Positions 39,977 through 54,020 of a stretch of 64,000 nucleotides of DNA are shown piece after piece. This DNA comes from Octopus vulgaris (Eukaryota), in NCBI GenBank assembly GCA_951406725.2, contig OX597822.1, positions 37,448,001 to 37,512,000 of the forward strand, read 5' to 3'. Both the position numbers and the translations under genes were made by a program. Within the stretch, counting starts at the first letter, position 1; every line of letters begins with the position of its first letter. The notes beneath the pieces were generated by a model. The model saw nothing but the letters and a program-made list of their open reading frames with translations. It did not search any database and was not told the DNA's origin.

Positions 39977-40860
39977 ATGGTTTCAAATTTTTCCACAAGG
40001 GCAGCCATTTTGGGGGAGGGGATGTGTCAATTACATTGATCCCAGTGTTCAACTGGTACTTAATTTATTGTTCCCAAAAGGATGAAAGGCAAAGTTGACC
40101 TCGGTGGAATTTGAACTCAGAATGTAGCAGCAGATGAAATACCGCTAAGCATTTTGCTTGGTGTGCTATCAATTCTACCAACTTATTGCCTTAATAATAA
40201 TAATCCTTTCAACTATAGGGCACAAGGCTTGAAATTTGTGGGGAGAGGGGACTAGTCGATTACATTGACCCCAGTGTTTCACTGGTACTTAATTTATTGA
40301 CCCCGAATGGATGAAAAGCAATGTTGACCATAGCAGAATTTGAACTCAGAACATAGCAGCAGACAAAATACTGCTAAGCATTTCACTCAGCGTGCTAACG
40401 ATTCTGTCAGCTCACCGCAATTATAATAATGATAATAATAATAATAATAATAATAGGCCTTTCTGCTATAAGCACAAGGCCTGAAATATGTTGGTGATGC
40501 TGAGCGTAGTCAATTACATCAATCCCAGTGCTTAACTGATACTCATTTTATCAACCCTGAATTCCATCAGTGGAATTTGAACTTGGACCATAAAGAGTTC
40601 CACAAATCCTTTTTGTCCAATGTGCTAAAAATTCTGCCAAATAATAATCCTTGCTACTAGAAACAAGGCCTGGAATTTCAGGGGATGGTGCTAGTCAATT
40701 ACATCAACCCCTGTGCTCAATTGGTATTTGTTTCATCAACCCACAAAAGTATGAAAGGCAAAGTCAATCACAGCGGAATTTGAACTCCAGATATAAAGAC
40801 GAATGAAACTTCACCAAGCATTTGGCCTGGTGTGCTAATGATTCTGCCAGTTTGCCACCT
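39977..40860 (-). mobile_element. Array of four family A SINEs separated by (AAT)n
   Basis: Copies at about 39977-40192, 40203-40420, 40457-40640 and 40647-40860. Confidence 0.85.
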
Positions 40861-41120
40861 GAAACCAAAAATTAGTTGAGCGTACAGTCTGCTTGATCAG
40901 CTCCAGTATTTGACTTCCTTTATTTACTTACTTGGTTCAGTCATATAACTGTGGCCATGCTAGAGCACCACTTTTAGTCGAGCAAATCTACCCCAGAACT
41001 TATTCTTTATAAGCCTAGTACTTATTCTATCGGTCTCTTTTGCCAAACTGCTAAGTTATGGGGACATAAACACATCAGCATCAGTTGTCAAGTGATGTTG
41101 GGGGACAAGTACAGACACAA

Positions 41121-41164
<44 letters not shown>

Positions 41165-41739
41165 GACAGGCTTCTTTCAGTTTCCGTCTACTAAATCCAC
41201 TCACAAGGCTTTGGTTGGCCCAAGGCTATAGTAGAAGACACTTGCCCAAGGTACCATGCTGTGGGACTGAACCCGGAACCATGTGGTTTGTAAGCAAGCT
41301 ACTTACCACACAGCAGCTCCTACGCCTGGTATTAATTTACCTATTGTGTGATTTGAATGTGAAAAGCTGTAACGAAACACTGTAAGCCATTTTCTCTAAT
41401 ACTCTTTCAATTATATTGCTTCACTGCCCAGAAAATAATAATAACAATAGTAATTGTTTCTAATATAGGCACAAGGCTTGACATTTCTGTATGTGGTGGG
41501 TCTTATGTGGTACCATTATCTCCAGTAATTGGCTGGTGTTTTATTTTATCGACTCAGAATAAATAGCAAAGTTGACCTTGGCTTGATTTTTAATTCAGAA
41601 AACGGTATTAACACATGCACGCTGGTGCACACACATGTGCACAAAACAGCCAAAAGGAACACAGCTCTGATAATAGACAAAGCCAACATCCATTGTCAAG
41701 GTTGCAGAAGCAACAAAAATTTTGGAAAAGAAAATATAG

Positions 41740-42055
41740 GACTGCCTGACTGGCTCCTGTGCCGGTGGCACATAAAAAGCACCATGTGAACGTGGCCGAT
41801 GCCAGTACCCCCGATTGGCTTCCGTGCTGGTGGCACATAAAAACCACTATCCAAACGTGATTGATGCCAGACCCATCTAACTGGCCCCTGTGCTAGTGGC
41901 ATATTAAAAGCACCCATTACATTCTTGGAGTGGTTGGCATTAGGAAGGGCATCCAGCTGTAGAAACATTTCCAGACCAAATTGGAGCCTGGTGCAGCCTC
42001 CTGGCTTGCCAGTCCTCAGTCAAGCTGTCTAACCTATGCTTGCATGGACGATATT
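41740..42055 (+). mobile_element. RTE 3' UTR fragment
   Basis: Matches 10398-10730 and 36350-36590. Confidence 0.75.
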
Positions 42056-42445
42056 AAGACAGTATGATTCTCCCCAGACAATATTAAAGCATAAGTCCAG
42101 AAATTTAACTGGAAGTGGGTTAGGTGATTAAATTGACCCCAGTAGTTGAATAGTACTTTATCGATACCTCTGAAGGATGGATGAAAGGCATAGTCAACCT
42201 TGGTGGAATTTGAACTCAGGGCGTAAAGAGTTGGGGGAAATGCTACTAAGCACCTTGTCTGTTGTGCTGATGATTCTGCTAGCTGTTTGACCTTGGGAGA
42301 ATAGTAGGCAAAGTTGACTTCAGTGGGATTTGAACTTGGAATGTAAAACACCGGGATAAGCAAGACATTTTTATTTTTGATTCTCTAACAATCCTACCAA
42401 TTCATGACAATAATAATAGTAGTAATAATTTCTTTTATTCTTACA

Positions 42446-42503
<58 letters not shown>

Positions 42504-43212
42504 CATGAATAATATAGGACAGAATTGTATTTAAAAAGCATATGTGTGGTGTATACACACATATGCACACACATACTTGCGTACATGTGTATATATCTGT
42601 GTGTGGGGGTGTTTGTGCATATATGTATATACACACATGATACCAATGCTTTCAAAATTGGCACCGGATCAAGAAGCTGGGTGTTAGATTGCAGCTAGTA
42701 TGTGGTCAGTAAAGAAGAGATACGTATAATATTAGCACTGGATGGTGCTGGAATCTCTTGGAATGGTGTCTAATAATAGTTTCTAACAAATGGTTAAAGA
42801 GTATCAAGATTATATGTTAGGAAAGAGTACTTTCTTCTCAAAAACATCTTTTTTGTGAGTCACATCTTGAAATTTGAGAAGAGAAGGATTAGAGAGTTCG
42901 TGAAAATATGTAAATGTAAAATTGCCATAAAATATATTTAGACATAAGATTACCTGTCTGCAATTTAGTATTAAAATTTTAAGTGTTTAACCTCAGGTAA
43001 GTTTTGATTAAAGGCATTCCAGTTGTGACCATCTCTCTGTCATTTTTGTACATCAAGGACTATATTGTTGAATGTGTCCTTTTCTAAAATAGTACAGGGA
43101 TTTGAGGGAAATATCAAAATTAGTTTTAGGAGATAAAACAACTGTATAGAGAGGATCAATCTTAAAAGTTAGAATTCTTTGATATAAAATCTCATAACTG
43201 AGAAATTAAATA

Positions 43213-43363
43213 CCGTATTTTCTTGTGTATTAGTTTCACTATTTCATATTTGATTTTAACTGAAAAACTGGGATGTGAAACAAGCATGATATGAAAGGAA
43301 AAAAAATTTGTACCATGATTTAAGGCCAAATTAGGGTTGCAACTTACACACAAGTAAATATGC
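43213..43363. mobile_element. Tc2/pogo-like MITE
   Basis: TA-CCGTATTTTCTTGTGTA ... ACACACAAGTAAATATGC-TA. Confidence 0.5.
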
Positions 43364-44029
43364 TAATTAGTAGTAGTAGTAGTAGTAGTAGTAGTAGAGT
43401 ATTTTATTATTTTTTTTTACTGGATCTATGAAGTAGATGATGGCCATGATGTTTGCACTACCTGGAAGAAGGAAAGGCAAGGAAAGTCAACTAAATGAAA
43501 TACCTGAAGGTATTTGGTTTAGTTGACTGAAATGATTTGGTCTGCTGCTCCACTGATTCTACCACACATTCTCCTCCTCATTTCAATGTCCACTTGCTGG
43601 CTTCGGTTGAACTGAGTTTATTGTGGCAAATTTTCTACTGTCATGTACCCTTGTTTCTGAGTAAGCTAGATGTGTTTTTGTAGAATATTAGAGCCACACA
43701 CATATACATGATGGATGTCTTTCACTTTCCATCTAACAAATCCACTCACAAGGTTTTGATTAATCTGGGCAACAGTAGAAGACTTGCCCAAGGTGCCATG
43801 TAGTGAGACTGAACCTGAAACCATGTGGTTGGGAAGGAAACTTCTTAACCACACAGCTTTGTCTGCACCTTGAGTAGTAGTTATTGTAATCATCATTATC
43901 ATCAATGGGTTGATCTTGTTTTCACATTACTCTAATCTTCCTCTGCCTCCCATCACTGTCATCCATACCATTTGACAATTTTTGGTGACACTCAGTCACC
44001 AAGAATTGTCGTATGGTATGGGAGACAGG

Positions 44030-44431
44030 CAAATGGCAGAATTGCTTGCATGCTGGACAAAGTGCTTCACAGCATTTCTCTTGGCTTTACATTTAGAGGG
44101 TGACTCTTGGGGTTGATAAAATAAGTACTAGTTGAGCACTGGAGTTGATGTAACCAACTAGCCTCCTCCCTTGGAATTTCAGGCCTTGTTCCTATAGTAG
44201 AAAGGATTATTATTAATCTTTCCTACTTTAGACACAAGGCCTGAAATTTGAGGGAGGGGGTAGTTGATCGCATCGATCCCCAGTACTCAACTGGTACTTA
44301 ATTTATCGACCCCGAAAGGATGAAAGGCAAAGTTGACCTCAGCGGAATTTAAACTCAGAATGTAGGGGCAGACGAAATACGGCTAAGCCTTTCACCTGGT
44401 GTGCTAATGATTCTGCCCGCTCGCCACCTTA
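44030..44431. mobile_element. Two family A SINEs tail-to-tail (+ 44030-44210, - 44217-44431)
   Basis: Share the central attattattaat tract; the minus copy is well preserved (CpGs retained). Confidence 0.85.
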
Positions 44432-44937
44432 GAGATGATTTATCATCAATATTACAGCAGGGCAGGTGATTGGTAGAGTTGTTAGTGTCAGACAACATAC
44501 TTTGTGGTATTTCTTTGAACTTTTTACAACAATTTACATGTATGTTTAGGGAGAGAGAATGAGACTATAAAATGTTTAAGTTTTATATTTAACACCGAGA
44601 CATTGCAAAACTTAAGAGGCGGTGGGGAACTGTGTAAGTTTATAAAGAAATTATATTTGAAGTGTTATGTTCACACCCTTCTTTATTAGTTGTTAGTAAG
44701 ATGTAACTTTTTAAGTAGGTTCTAGAATTTCAAGTGTTTTCTTATTAAATAGTAGTCATCCGAGCTGGATTTTGGGAAATTTCTTTTAGCCTTCCTGCAT
44801 CCTTGAATTTTAATTTGCGAAATGTGAACATGTGTTCACACACACACACACACACACACATTTTCATTGAAATTTCCAAATTGATTTTCCCCTCTTATAG
44901 AGACTGTTGTGTGACTGTGTGTGTGTGTGTGTGTGTT

Positions 44938-44987
<50 letters not shown>

Positions 44988-44989
<2 letters not shown>

Positions 44990-45536
44990 AGGGGAATTCA
45001 AAAATTATCCGCACTTTTGCCATAACATATCTTTATTATTGCTACTCTGCCTTCTGTGCATGTGTGCTTTTAGTTGGTACTATTGTGGTCATGTGATTGA
45101 ATTTTGAGCCTGATCATGTCAATTTTCTTTCTGGCTTTACAGTGTAGCTGCTCCACTAGCAATGTGCATCAAAGAACAACAAAGTGCAGTGATCCAAGAG
45201 ATGTCATGCTTGTCCGGCCACTTTTAAACCTCTTGATCCACACATACACGTTTCTATGTAGTAGTGCACTGTCCTTGTATTGTGCTAAAAGCCTCCAATG
45301 AATTTCAGCACCTGACACGAAAAATTGGATCACTGCACTTTGTTCTTCTTTGGTGCATGTTGCTAGTAGAGTGGCCATGCTTACATTGTAAAGCCAGAAA
45401 GAAAAATGGTGCAATCAGGCTCAAATTTCAATCACATGACCACAATAGTACCAATTATAAACACACATTTGCAGAAGGCAGTGTGACAATAATAAAGATA
45501 TGATATGGTGAAAGTGCAGATAATTTTGACTTTCCC

Positions 45537-45539
<3 letters not shown>
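44988..45539. mobile_element. Mariner-derived fold-back element with inverted arms of about 210 bp
   Basis: 44988-45196 is reverse-complementary to about 45327-45539. Minus strand encodes MATLLATCTKEEQSAVIQFF-VSGAEIHWRLLAQYKDSAL..VYVWIKRFKSGRTS, a mariner N-terminal HTH. Confidence 0.9.
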
Positions 45540-45594
<55 letters not shown>

Positions 45595-45691
45595 CATCAT
45601 CATTTAACGTCTGCTTTCCATGCTAGCGTGGGTTAGACGATTTGACTGAGGACTGGCGAACCAGATGGTTGCACCAGGCTCCATATATATA

Positions 45692-45729
<38 letters not shown>

Positions 45730-46654
45730 TATCTAAATGTGTGTGTGTATGTAAAGAGTAATGTGTTAACTTTGCGTAATTGTGAAGTGTGTGTGTCTGA
45801 GGAACAGTGTAGGATATTGGTTGGATGAAGGAAGAGGAAGAAATTTTGCAGAAATCTCTTTCAACTCTACTCTAGTATTATATTGTGTTTATAAGTGTGT
45901 GTGTGTGTGTGCACATGTACTTAGGACCCTTATGAGTGTAAGGGCCTGAAAATCATGACCTTTGTATTATTGAAACTTTTTTTAGTTTCTTTTTATGTTG
46001 TATCCTGCTTTCCTTCTTCCTGTTCTTTCTGCCTTCCTCTTCCCCCTCACTACTTCCACTTCTCTTCTGTACTCTCTCCTTATACTCTTCTCTTACTATC
46101 TGCTGTTGCTCCTCCCACTACCCTCATTGTTGTCATCTATTATATCACCACCACCACCATCATTCCTATATTAATTCCACACCTTGTGACACAGCTTGTA
46201 GTCTTCACAGGGTCACTTACTCAAACAAAAATAACAGCCAAATGTCCCCCAAAGCAGTACCATACCATACTAATCTATATTAATAAAAGCAAAATTTTGA
46301 AAATAAAGTAGGATTTATTGGATAGCCTCGTTTCTCATGTAAAACATCTGGAATGCTTTTGGTCCTGGTCCTGTTTGATTAGGGTTGAGACGGGGCTCAA
46401 CAGTAACATCACCACACTAATCCCCTCTGCTGACATTGCTGCATTGATACCCTGCATTGTAACCCCATCTGCACTTATCAAGATTATACATACATTTTTC
46501 TTCAGAACGAACCATCTAGAACCTATTTCATGCTCTAATTTCTTCTTTATGGACATTGTTAGCTGAAGTACCATCTGAGGATGGATCACTCTAAGAAGAT
46601 CTATAAAGAGCTATGAGTTTTGCCTCTTATAATAGTAGTAGTAAAAATAATAAT

Positions 46655-47705
46655 CTTTTCTACCAAATGCATAAGGCCTAAAATTTGGTGGGACTAGTCG
46701 ATTACATCAGCCCCAGTGTTTCACTGGTACTTAATTTATTAACCCTGAAAGGATGAAAGGCAAAGTTAACCTCGATGGAATTTGAACTCAGAATGTAAGA
46801 CAAGTGAAATGTTGCGAAGCATTTTGCCCAGTGTGCTAACGATTCTGCCAGCTTGCTGCCTTAATAATAATAATAATATTGATAATAATAATAATAATAA
46901 TTTCAAATTTTGGCGCAAGGCCAGCAACTTCTGGGGAGGAGGTAAGTCAATTACATCGACCCTGGTGTTCAGTTGGTACTTATTTTATCGACCCTGAAAG
47001 GATGAAAGGTAAAGTCAACTTTGGCAGAATTTGAACTCAGAATGTAAAAACAGGTGAAATGCTGCTAGGCTAATGATTCTACTAGCTCACCACCTTACTA
47101 ATGGACATAATACCACAAATTTTGAGGGAGGAGTATGGCCATTTATTTGACTCTGTTACTTGACTGGAACCTTATTGGTCCTGGAAGGACGAAAGGGAAA
47201 GTTTACCACATTAGAATTTGGACAGTGCAGAAGGCCAGAATAAATACTGAATGAATCTACTAATCTACCACTCTTAATAATAAAGCCTTTCTACTATAGG
47301 TAGATGGGCTGAAATTTGGTAAGTAGTGGGCTTGGTGTTTGCAATGATCCCAGTGTACAACTGGTACTTATTTTATTGACTCTGAAAGGCAAAGTCAACC
47401 ATGGCAGAATTTGAACTTGGTACATAAAACCAGAAGAAATGTCTGCTCAGCATTTTGTCCAGCATGGTAATTAATGATTCTGCCAGCTTGTTGCCATAAT
47501 AATAGTAATAATAATAATGATTTCAAAGCTTGGCACAAAGCCAGCAAGCTTGCGGGGAAGGAGTGAATCGATTACATTGACCCTAGTATTCAATTGGTAC
47601 TTATTTTATTTACCTTAATGGATGAAAGGTAAAGTTGACCTTGGTGGAATTTGAAATCAGACAAATGAAATGCTGCTAAGCATTTTGCCTGGCATGCTAA
47701 CGATT
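46655..47705 (-). mobile_element. Array of five family A SINEs separated by (AAT)n
   Basis: Copies at about 46655-46862, 46900-47097, 47110-47275, 47285-47497 and 47518-47705. Confidence 0.85.
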
Positions 47706-47919
47706 CCTTTTTGTTATTTGCCACAAGGGCAACTCAGAAACATTTAGATACACCTGTAGAAACAAAATAATTGAAAAGGTGGATTACATGTGTTACAAGG
47801 CAAATTTTATGTTTCCAACAATTGAGAGGCTATCTAGGACTTTAGTCTTAAAGCTTCCCACCTTTTATCCGTTCTTAGAGTAACTGCTTGATGTCTGTGA
47901 CGTGAGTTGTTCGTATTCC

Positions 47920-48285
47920 TTTATTTCTTCTGCCTTAATGAAGGCAGAGGTATTGTTTTCAGTTATGTTTTTTTGTCTGTGGACAACATATATCAAGAAC
48001 CGCTGAATGGATTCGGATGAAACTTTCAGGGATACTTGGCCTCATGACTGGCACGAACTGATTAGATTTGGGATCGATCCGGTATCAGTCAAGGATTCTG
48101 GATTATTTTTCTCTTTTTTTTAACTTAATTTTTGAAAGCAGTTGGGTTCATTTTTAGTATTGTCGTTTGTGAGAGCAGTTGAGTTTATTTCAGATATTCT
48201 CATTTTAAAAATAATCTCTGGCTAATCATTGAGAGGACGTTGGTGTTGCCTTGGTGGAGGTTTGTGCTCTCTGAGTGCTCTTGTT
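47920..48285 (+). mobile_element. Helentron-associated non-autonomous element (HINE-like), copy 1
   Basis: 5' hairpin tctgcctt-aatg-aaggcaga, (GTCT)-like tract, subterminal IR ccttggtggaggt, 3' stem gtgctc-tct-gagtgc, T-rich ends. Confidence 0.65.
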
Positions 48286-49351
48286 TATTTTATTTTTTGT
48301 TTGGTATAGTTTTACAGTTGAAAGCTTTTATTTGGAGTCACTGCTCTTCTGGAAGTGCGTTGGTAGTTATGTTCAACATAGGTCTGTTCAGGAGCTTTCA
48401 TTGGTAGACAACAAAAGGTTGCTTCCCTTATGTGGGTGTGTGGAGGTATGTGGCTTAGTGGTTAGTGTGTTGGATTCATGATTGTAAGATTGTGGTTTCG
48501 ATTCCTGGAGCAGGTGATGTTGTGTTCCTGAGCAAAACACTTCATTTCATGTTGCTTAAATTCTCTCAGATGGCAAAAGTGAGTTGTCCTGCTACAGACT
48601 GGTGTTCTGTTCAGGTGGGGGAATATACACACCATGGAAACTGGGAAACCAGCCCTTATGAGTTTACATACCTTGGGAAGGAACTAGAACTAGTAGTAAC
48701 TTACATGGATGTTATTGTGTCCCTTTGATGTTGGTAGATGAGTGTGGAGTTAGTTGTCAGGCCATCATGTCCTAGTTCAGGCCTGGCCAACTTGAATCAC
48801 ATTGTGGGCCACTTATATACTGACAGAATTGAAAACATTTTGCTTTCTCATGCTGTTATTACAATGATGAATGACTGATTGTTGATTCAACATGAAATAT
48901 TATCGTTGCAAAAGCAGTAGTATCTTTCTTTTTTACTTTTCATTACAATCTTAAATTTTTGATAAAATTTTTAAAATGTTTGTTTAAATAAACCCATTCC
49001 AAGAAAGTATCAAGTAGATCTCAGGTTAGCTAGCTCTGTCCTAGACCAATGCTCAGATCAGTTCCCATAACAAGTTATCATTTGAAACTAAGTGTGGCTG
49101 GATGAGTATCTCTTCAAACTCTATAGGATACTACTTCATTCTTGCTGAAGGGTTGTATAAGAGGGAAGGACTGCAACCTTTGACATGTGAGGCAAATGGG
49201 TATAAGGAAGGCGTGTTGGCTCATAATGGCAGTTTGAAGGAGGTGATTGATACTGTCTCCATAATAGTAGCTAAAGAGACATTTGCTGAGATCTAGGCAG
49301 TGTTTATAGCATGATGAGGTGGGTGAATGGAGTAATAACCTAATTATTAGT

Positions 49352-49940
49352 TTAACCCTTTTGCATTCAGTTTACTCTGTCAAATATAATGCTTATTTAT
49401 TACCTTTACCTTAGCAGAAGGTGGAGATATTGTTTTCAGTGTGTTTGTCTGTGGACAAGATATCTCAAGAACTGCTGGATGGATTCGGATGAAACTTTCA
49501 GGGATGTTTGGCCTTGTGACTGGTACAAACTGATTAGATTTTGGGATCGATCCAGTACTAGACAAGGATTCGGGATTATTTTTCCGTTTTTTTTTTACTT
49601 CATTTTTGAGAACAGTCAGGTTCATTTTTAGTATTATCGTTTGTGAGAGTAGTTGAGTTTATTTCAGATATTCTCATTTTAAAAATCATCTCTGGCTAAT
49701 CGTTGAAAGGATGTTGGTGTTGCCTTGGCGGAGATTTGCACTCTCTGAGTGCTCTTCTTCACATTGTTTTGAATTAATCATGCATTATCTTGTAGCATTG
49801 AGATTTTGTTGGTGTAATTAATTATGCTTAGAATGACATTGTAGGGTATGCATGAGAGGCTGAATCTCATTGGTTTGAACATAAAACAAGGTAGAATATT
49901 TGTGCCGGATTTGACCTATTTAAATGTTAGAGAGGGTTTA
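49352..49940. mobile_element. piggyBac-like MITE (family 2) with nested insertion
   Basis: TTAACCCTTTTGCA start; both halves align to 19086-19310. Confidence 0.8.
49397..49757 (+). mobile_element. HINE-like element copy 2, nested in piggyBac-like MITE 49352-49940
   Basis: Colinear with 47920-48285; interrupts the MITE sequence gcttatttat|tcacattg seen intact at 19125-19142. Confidence 0.75.
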
Positions 49941-52289
49941 GTGATTAGTGGCTAGACGTTTTCTCATAGTTTTGGGAGTATCCTGTAAAGATGTATTGCT
50001 ACCTCTTGATATTCTGTGTAACAATAGATTATTCTTTTCTAAGTAATTAACATCCTGGATGGGTCGCTTTCAGCTAAAGTGACTCCCCTTTCCTATATAA
50101 TACTGCTAAAGTGGCCAGAATGGTGGTGGGGGTAAGAGGAGAGGTAGTTTTCTTTTTGTACTCTCAAACAAACTCCATGATGTAAGTAGACTGCGCTGGT
50201 TGTCAAACACAGTGATGGATTTTTTTTTTTACCAACTGCCAGGTCAGATATTGTTAAACAAGACTTCTAATATCTGTGTTTTTATATGTTTAATATTGTT
50301 TTATGTTTTATATTTTTTGTTTTATGTTTATAATTTTCATTTTGTTTTGTGTACAAATTCTGTTTGTGCATTCCCAAGCAGCTTAAAACTATATTTTAAC
50401 AAATGTTCATTCCCAGATTGAATAGTACTGCTTTTGGTGTCAAAACTATAAAGAGGTCTTATTAGCAGCTAAAAATGAGTTCCTTGTTGAGTGTGTTGCT
50501 GTATATTTGTAGTTGTCTCAGTTCAATGTACTATCCCAGGAAGTTTTTACGCTTATCTTTGGTAGTTCTAAATCTTATTTTAATAACTTTTATTGACCTG
50601 TTTGGAATGATGCATGCTTGCACATTGCCTATTAGATCATTGATAACAGGCAACAACCTTTTTTTTTTATTATACCTTGGCCAAAATTTTGAAATCTGTG
50701 TTCAAACTGAAATCTGTTTCAACTGAAAATTATTAGTGTGATCGCCCCATGTTTGGGGGGTCCTTTTTTTAGTGGCATAACCACTCCTTTACTCATAGAA
50801 CTAGGGATTCTCTCATTCTCTCACCAGTAGTGGTAGGTATCTGCAAAGAGGTCACCAGACATCTCTGACACATAAAAGTAAAAAAGGAGACAGTTCCAAA
50901 CAAGGTGATTTGTCCCTCCCATCTAGCCAGCCATTGCTTCCTGTATTTCCATGGCTGTTATCACCTTTTCACAACTCTCACCTTTCGTTACTGAGGGTCA
51001 CGGCAGGTCATCTAGGTAGGCATTGACTCCATCCTGCAGTCCAGTCTAGTATTTGTTAAGTGCTGTGCTTTAAGACATATGTTTACATCTGATTGGGATT
51101 GAGTAATTTGCACTCATGTAATGTGCCAGGGACCAGCTGTGGCTTTGTTGCTTCATTGTGCATCTGCCATTTGAATTCATTGAATATCTTTTATCCCTCT
51201 GTGTGTGTGTGAGTGTTTTCACACATTTTTACTGTTTTATAGATTCATTTTCAGAAATCAGTATAGAAAATGGGATGCATTATTTGTTGGCTGAAGTATT
51301 TTTACAGTTGAATGGTTATCCATTATTACTTAACCACTGAACTGTGAAGTATGGTTGAAGTGGCAGTATCTGTCCCCTCATTTTGTCAAGACTAGTGTTT
51401 CAACTTGACTGCTACTTTATCATAGAAACGCAGTGCAAATTGTATATTGGGTCATAAAGTTGAGTAATTAATAATTACTTATGATTTTTAACCCCGTGTC
51501 AACCCTGATCTCACAGAATCATGATCAATAGAATTGTGACCCTCTTGTCATTTATTCTCTGGACACATTACATAATGTATCTTGCCATGTTGTTGTTGCT
51601 TAACACCAGGTTAGCTGCCTTCAGAAGTTTCCCAAATGTGACTATCATGTCTTTTATTCAGAGATTAAATATTTATGGCAAATTACCCAATGTATTTCTT
51701 TTTATGTGTTATGTGAGGGAAATTTGGCTAGTGTTTCTAACAGGATGAACAGCCATGCAGTAGCTCCTTTGCTAGCTCATTTAAAAACTAGTTTCCACTT
51801 GTACTATATTTATACATAATTTCAGTTGGCCAACCATAGCATGGGTAGTTGAATGTGATGTGAGTTGATAATTAGGACCTTGATGAGAGAGCTTGTATAG
51901 ACATTTATTGTGAGAGAACAACCTTGTTCTATCTAGTCCTACATTGCCTTCACTCTGCACTGAGTACCATTCCATTCACACCAACATCACAGACATGGTT
52001 GACTTGTAATCATTAGATCTAGATCTGTCCCTCTCTGGTTAAATTTAGCCAAGAGCTGCTGCTAATATTTCGCAGATGACTTCCAAAAATATTGTCAGTT
52101 CATCATCATGATCAAACAGTAAGTTAGGCATTGAAGACAAAAAACTGGTACGGGTTATCCTCTAATTTGTTAGAAACCTACTGTGCTGGCATTATATGAT
52201 GACATGGCACAAGTACTGTATAGTGGCTTTCATTGCTGTTACTGAATATAGATGATGGTTTGTGATAAATGATAGATAAGTGAGATTGG

Positions 52290-52321
<32 letters not shown>

Positions 52322-53164
52322 TAAATAAAAGTGTAGTCCATGTTTTTATATTTTATTTGACTCATACCTTATATAATGCATGGAGGGTGGTATTAAATTG
52401 TGTGTGTTTTGATTTTAATGATAGTACTAAGGGTTTGGTAGTAGGTAAGTGGGGCAAGTACATGATGATGAACAGTTAAGTTGAAAGAGATGTTAAATTG
52501 TTTAGTTCTAGGTCTATCCTTATCAGCCAAACCTATGATCAAAGACACTCCAGCCATGACTATTTTTTTTTTGAGACAGTATATCTAGAACTACATTATC
52601 TATTGTCTTGCCTTTTCTAAAAATGGTAGTGAGATTTGAGGATGACTTGGCTGTTATTTCTAGCAGGTCAAATAGCCATGTAGTGGCTTGACTTAAGATA
52701 GTGTTAGGTAACAAAAGATGTTGATGGAATGTATTTAGGAGCAAGGTGGTAGGAAGATGTATGTGGAGCGATAACTAGTTGGGTAGGGTGGTTGGATGGA
52801 GGTGGTAACTAGTAGAATATGCCAGTGGCTGAACTGGGTTGAATAATGGTGTGAGATGAGGTCCAATTATGTATTGAGGTAATAACAAGGACAGGACCTA
52901 AGATAATTGGGATGATCTGTTCTGCTGTAGGGATGTAACTGTCATGGCCCCAAATTAACCACCAGATGTTAATGAAACACATGCCAATTAAATATACACT
53001 GCTGGCCACTGTTTACAGAGGCAGTCCTTGACATAAAACTGGTGATACCTTTGATACAACAGCAGATGTACAATTGAGGATACCTTGGCTACTCTTCTTG
53101 TGTACCTCCAGATCAGCCTAATCTAGCAAGCCTATAGCCAGTCTTGCTATCCGTGGCTATCCTG

Positions 53165-53205
<41 letters not shown>

Positions 53206-54020
53206 CATTATTATTCAGACAATCTGTATCTAAAGCTGCATTATACTTGACCTGTATATGCCCTGTCCAACACCGATCATCAGACCCTCAATACTTAAAA
53301 AAAACAAATAACAAAAAAAAAATAAAAAATAAGAACAACTTAGCCATCATAGATGTTGAGTATTGAGACAATGACAAAGGGGAGGAATTCATGGAGCACT
53401 TTGTGATTGTTGCTGTTTAACCCCAGGCTAAGTGTCACTAAGTACACTTATGATCAGACATTTGAAACACAAGACCATTTGTCTTTCCAGGTGCATGTAG
53501 AACTACATTATAGAATGTGTATAGTCCTTTTTTAAAATGGGTGTGATTTGATTAGTTGTTTGACTCCAGACAGGCCCTGATTGAGCTGACTTTCGGCTTA
53601 AGATATCCTAGTTGTGACTGTCTTGTCATTTTCTTTCCTGACATAGTATACCCATGGTTACATTATTCAATATGCTTTCCTATTGTTTAAGACAGTTAGG
53701 TGTGATTTGAGTTAAACTGGAATTGCTATTTCTTGCAAGTTATCTCGTCATTTTCGCCATTTAATGTCCACTTCTCCATGTTTGCTTGGGCCAAATGGAA
53801 TTTGTTGAGATAGATTTTCTATGGCTGGATGTCCTTCCTGTCGTCCATTCTCACCTGCTTTAATTGCAAAGTGATATTTCTCATGGCCAGATATGTTTTC
53901 ATTGAAGATTGGAAACCAACAACACCACTTGTGTGATGGTGATGCTCGTTTACAACAGTTACATGATGTCAAGACAAGGGTACACAAAAACACACATGTG
54001 TATGTGTGTGTATTTATATA

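Noticed and set aside
39977-40860. SINE arrays as repeat-spacer or tRNA gene clusters
   Set aside because: Units are diverged SINEs separated by microsatellite; heads do not form complete cloverleaves.
49040-49330. Possible CR1/L2/Jockey-type LINE 3' remnant on the minus strand
   Set aside because: Only faint peptide resemblance (CLFSYYYG, YPF); too decayed to call.
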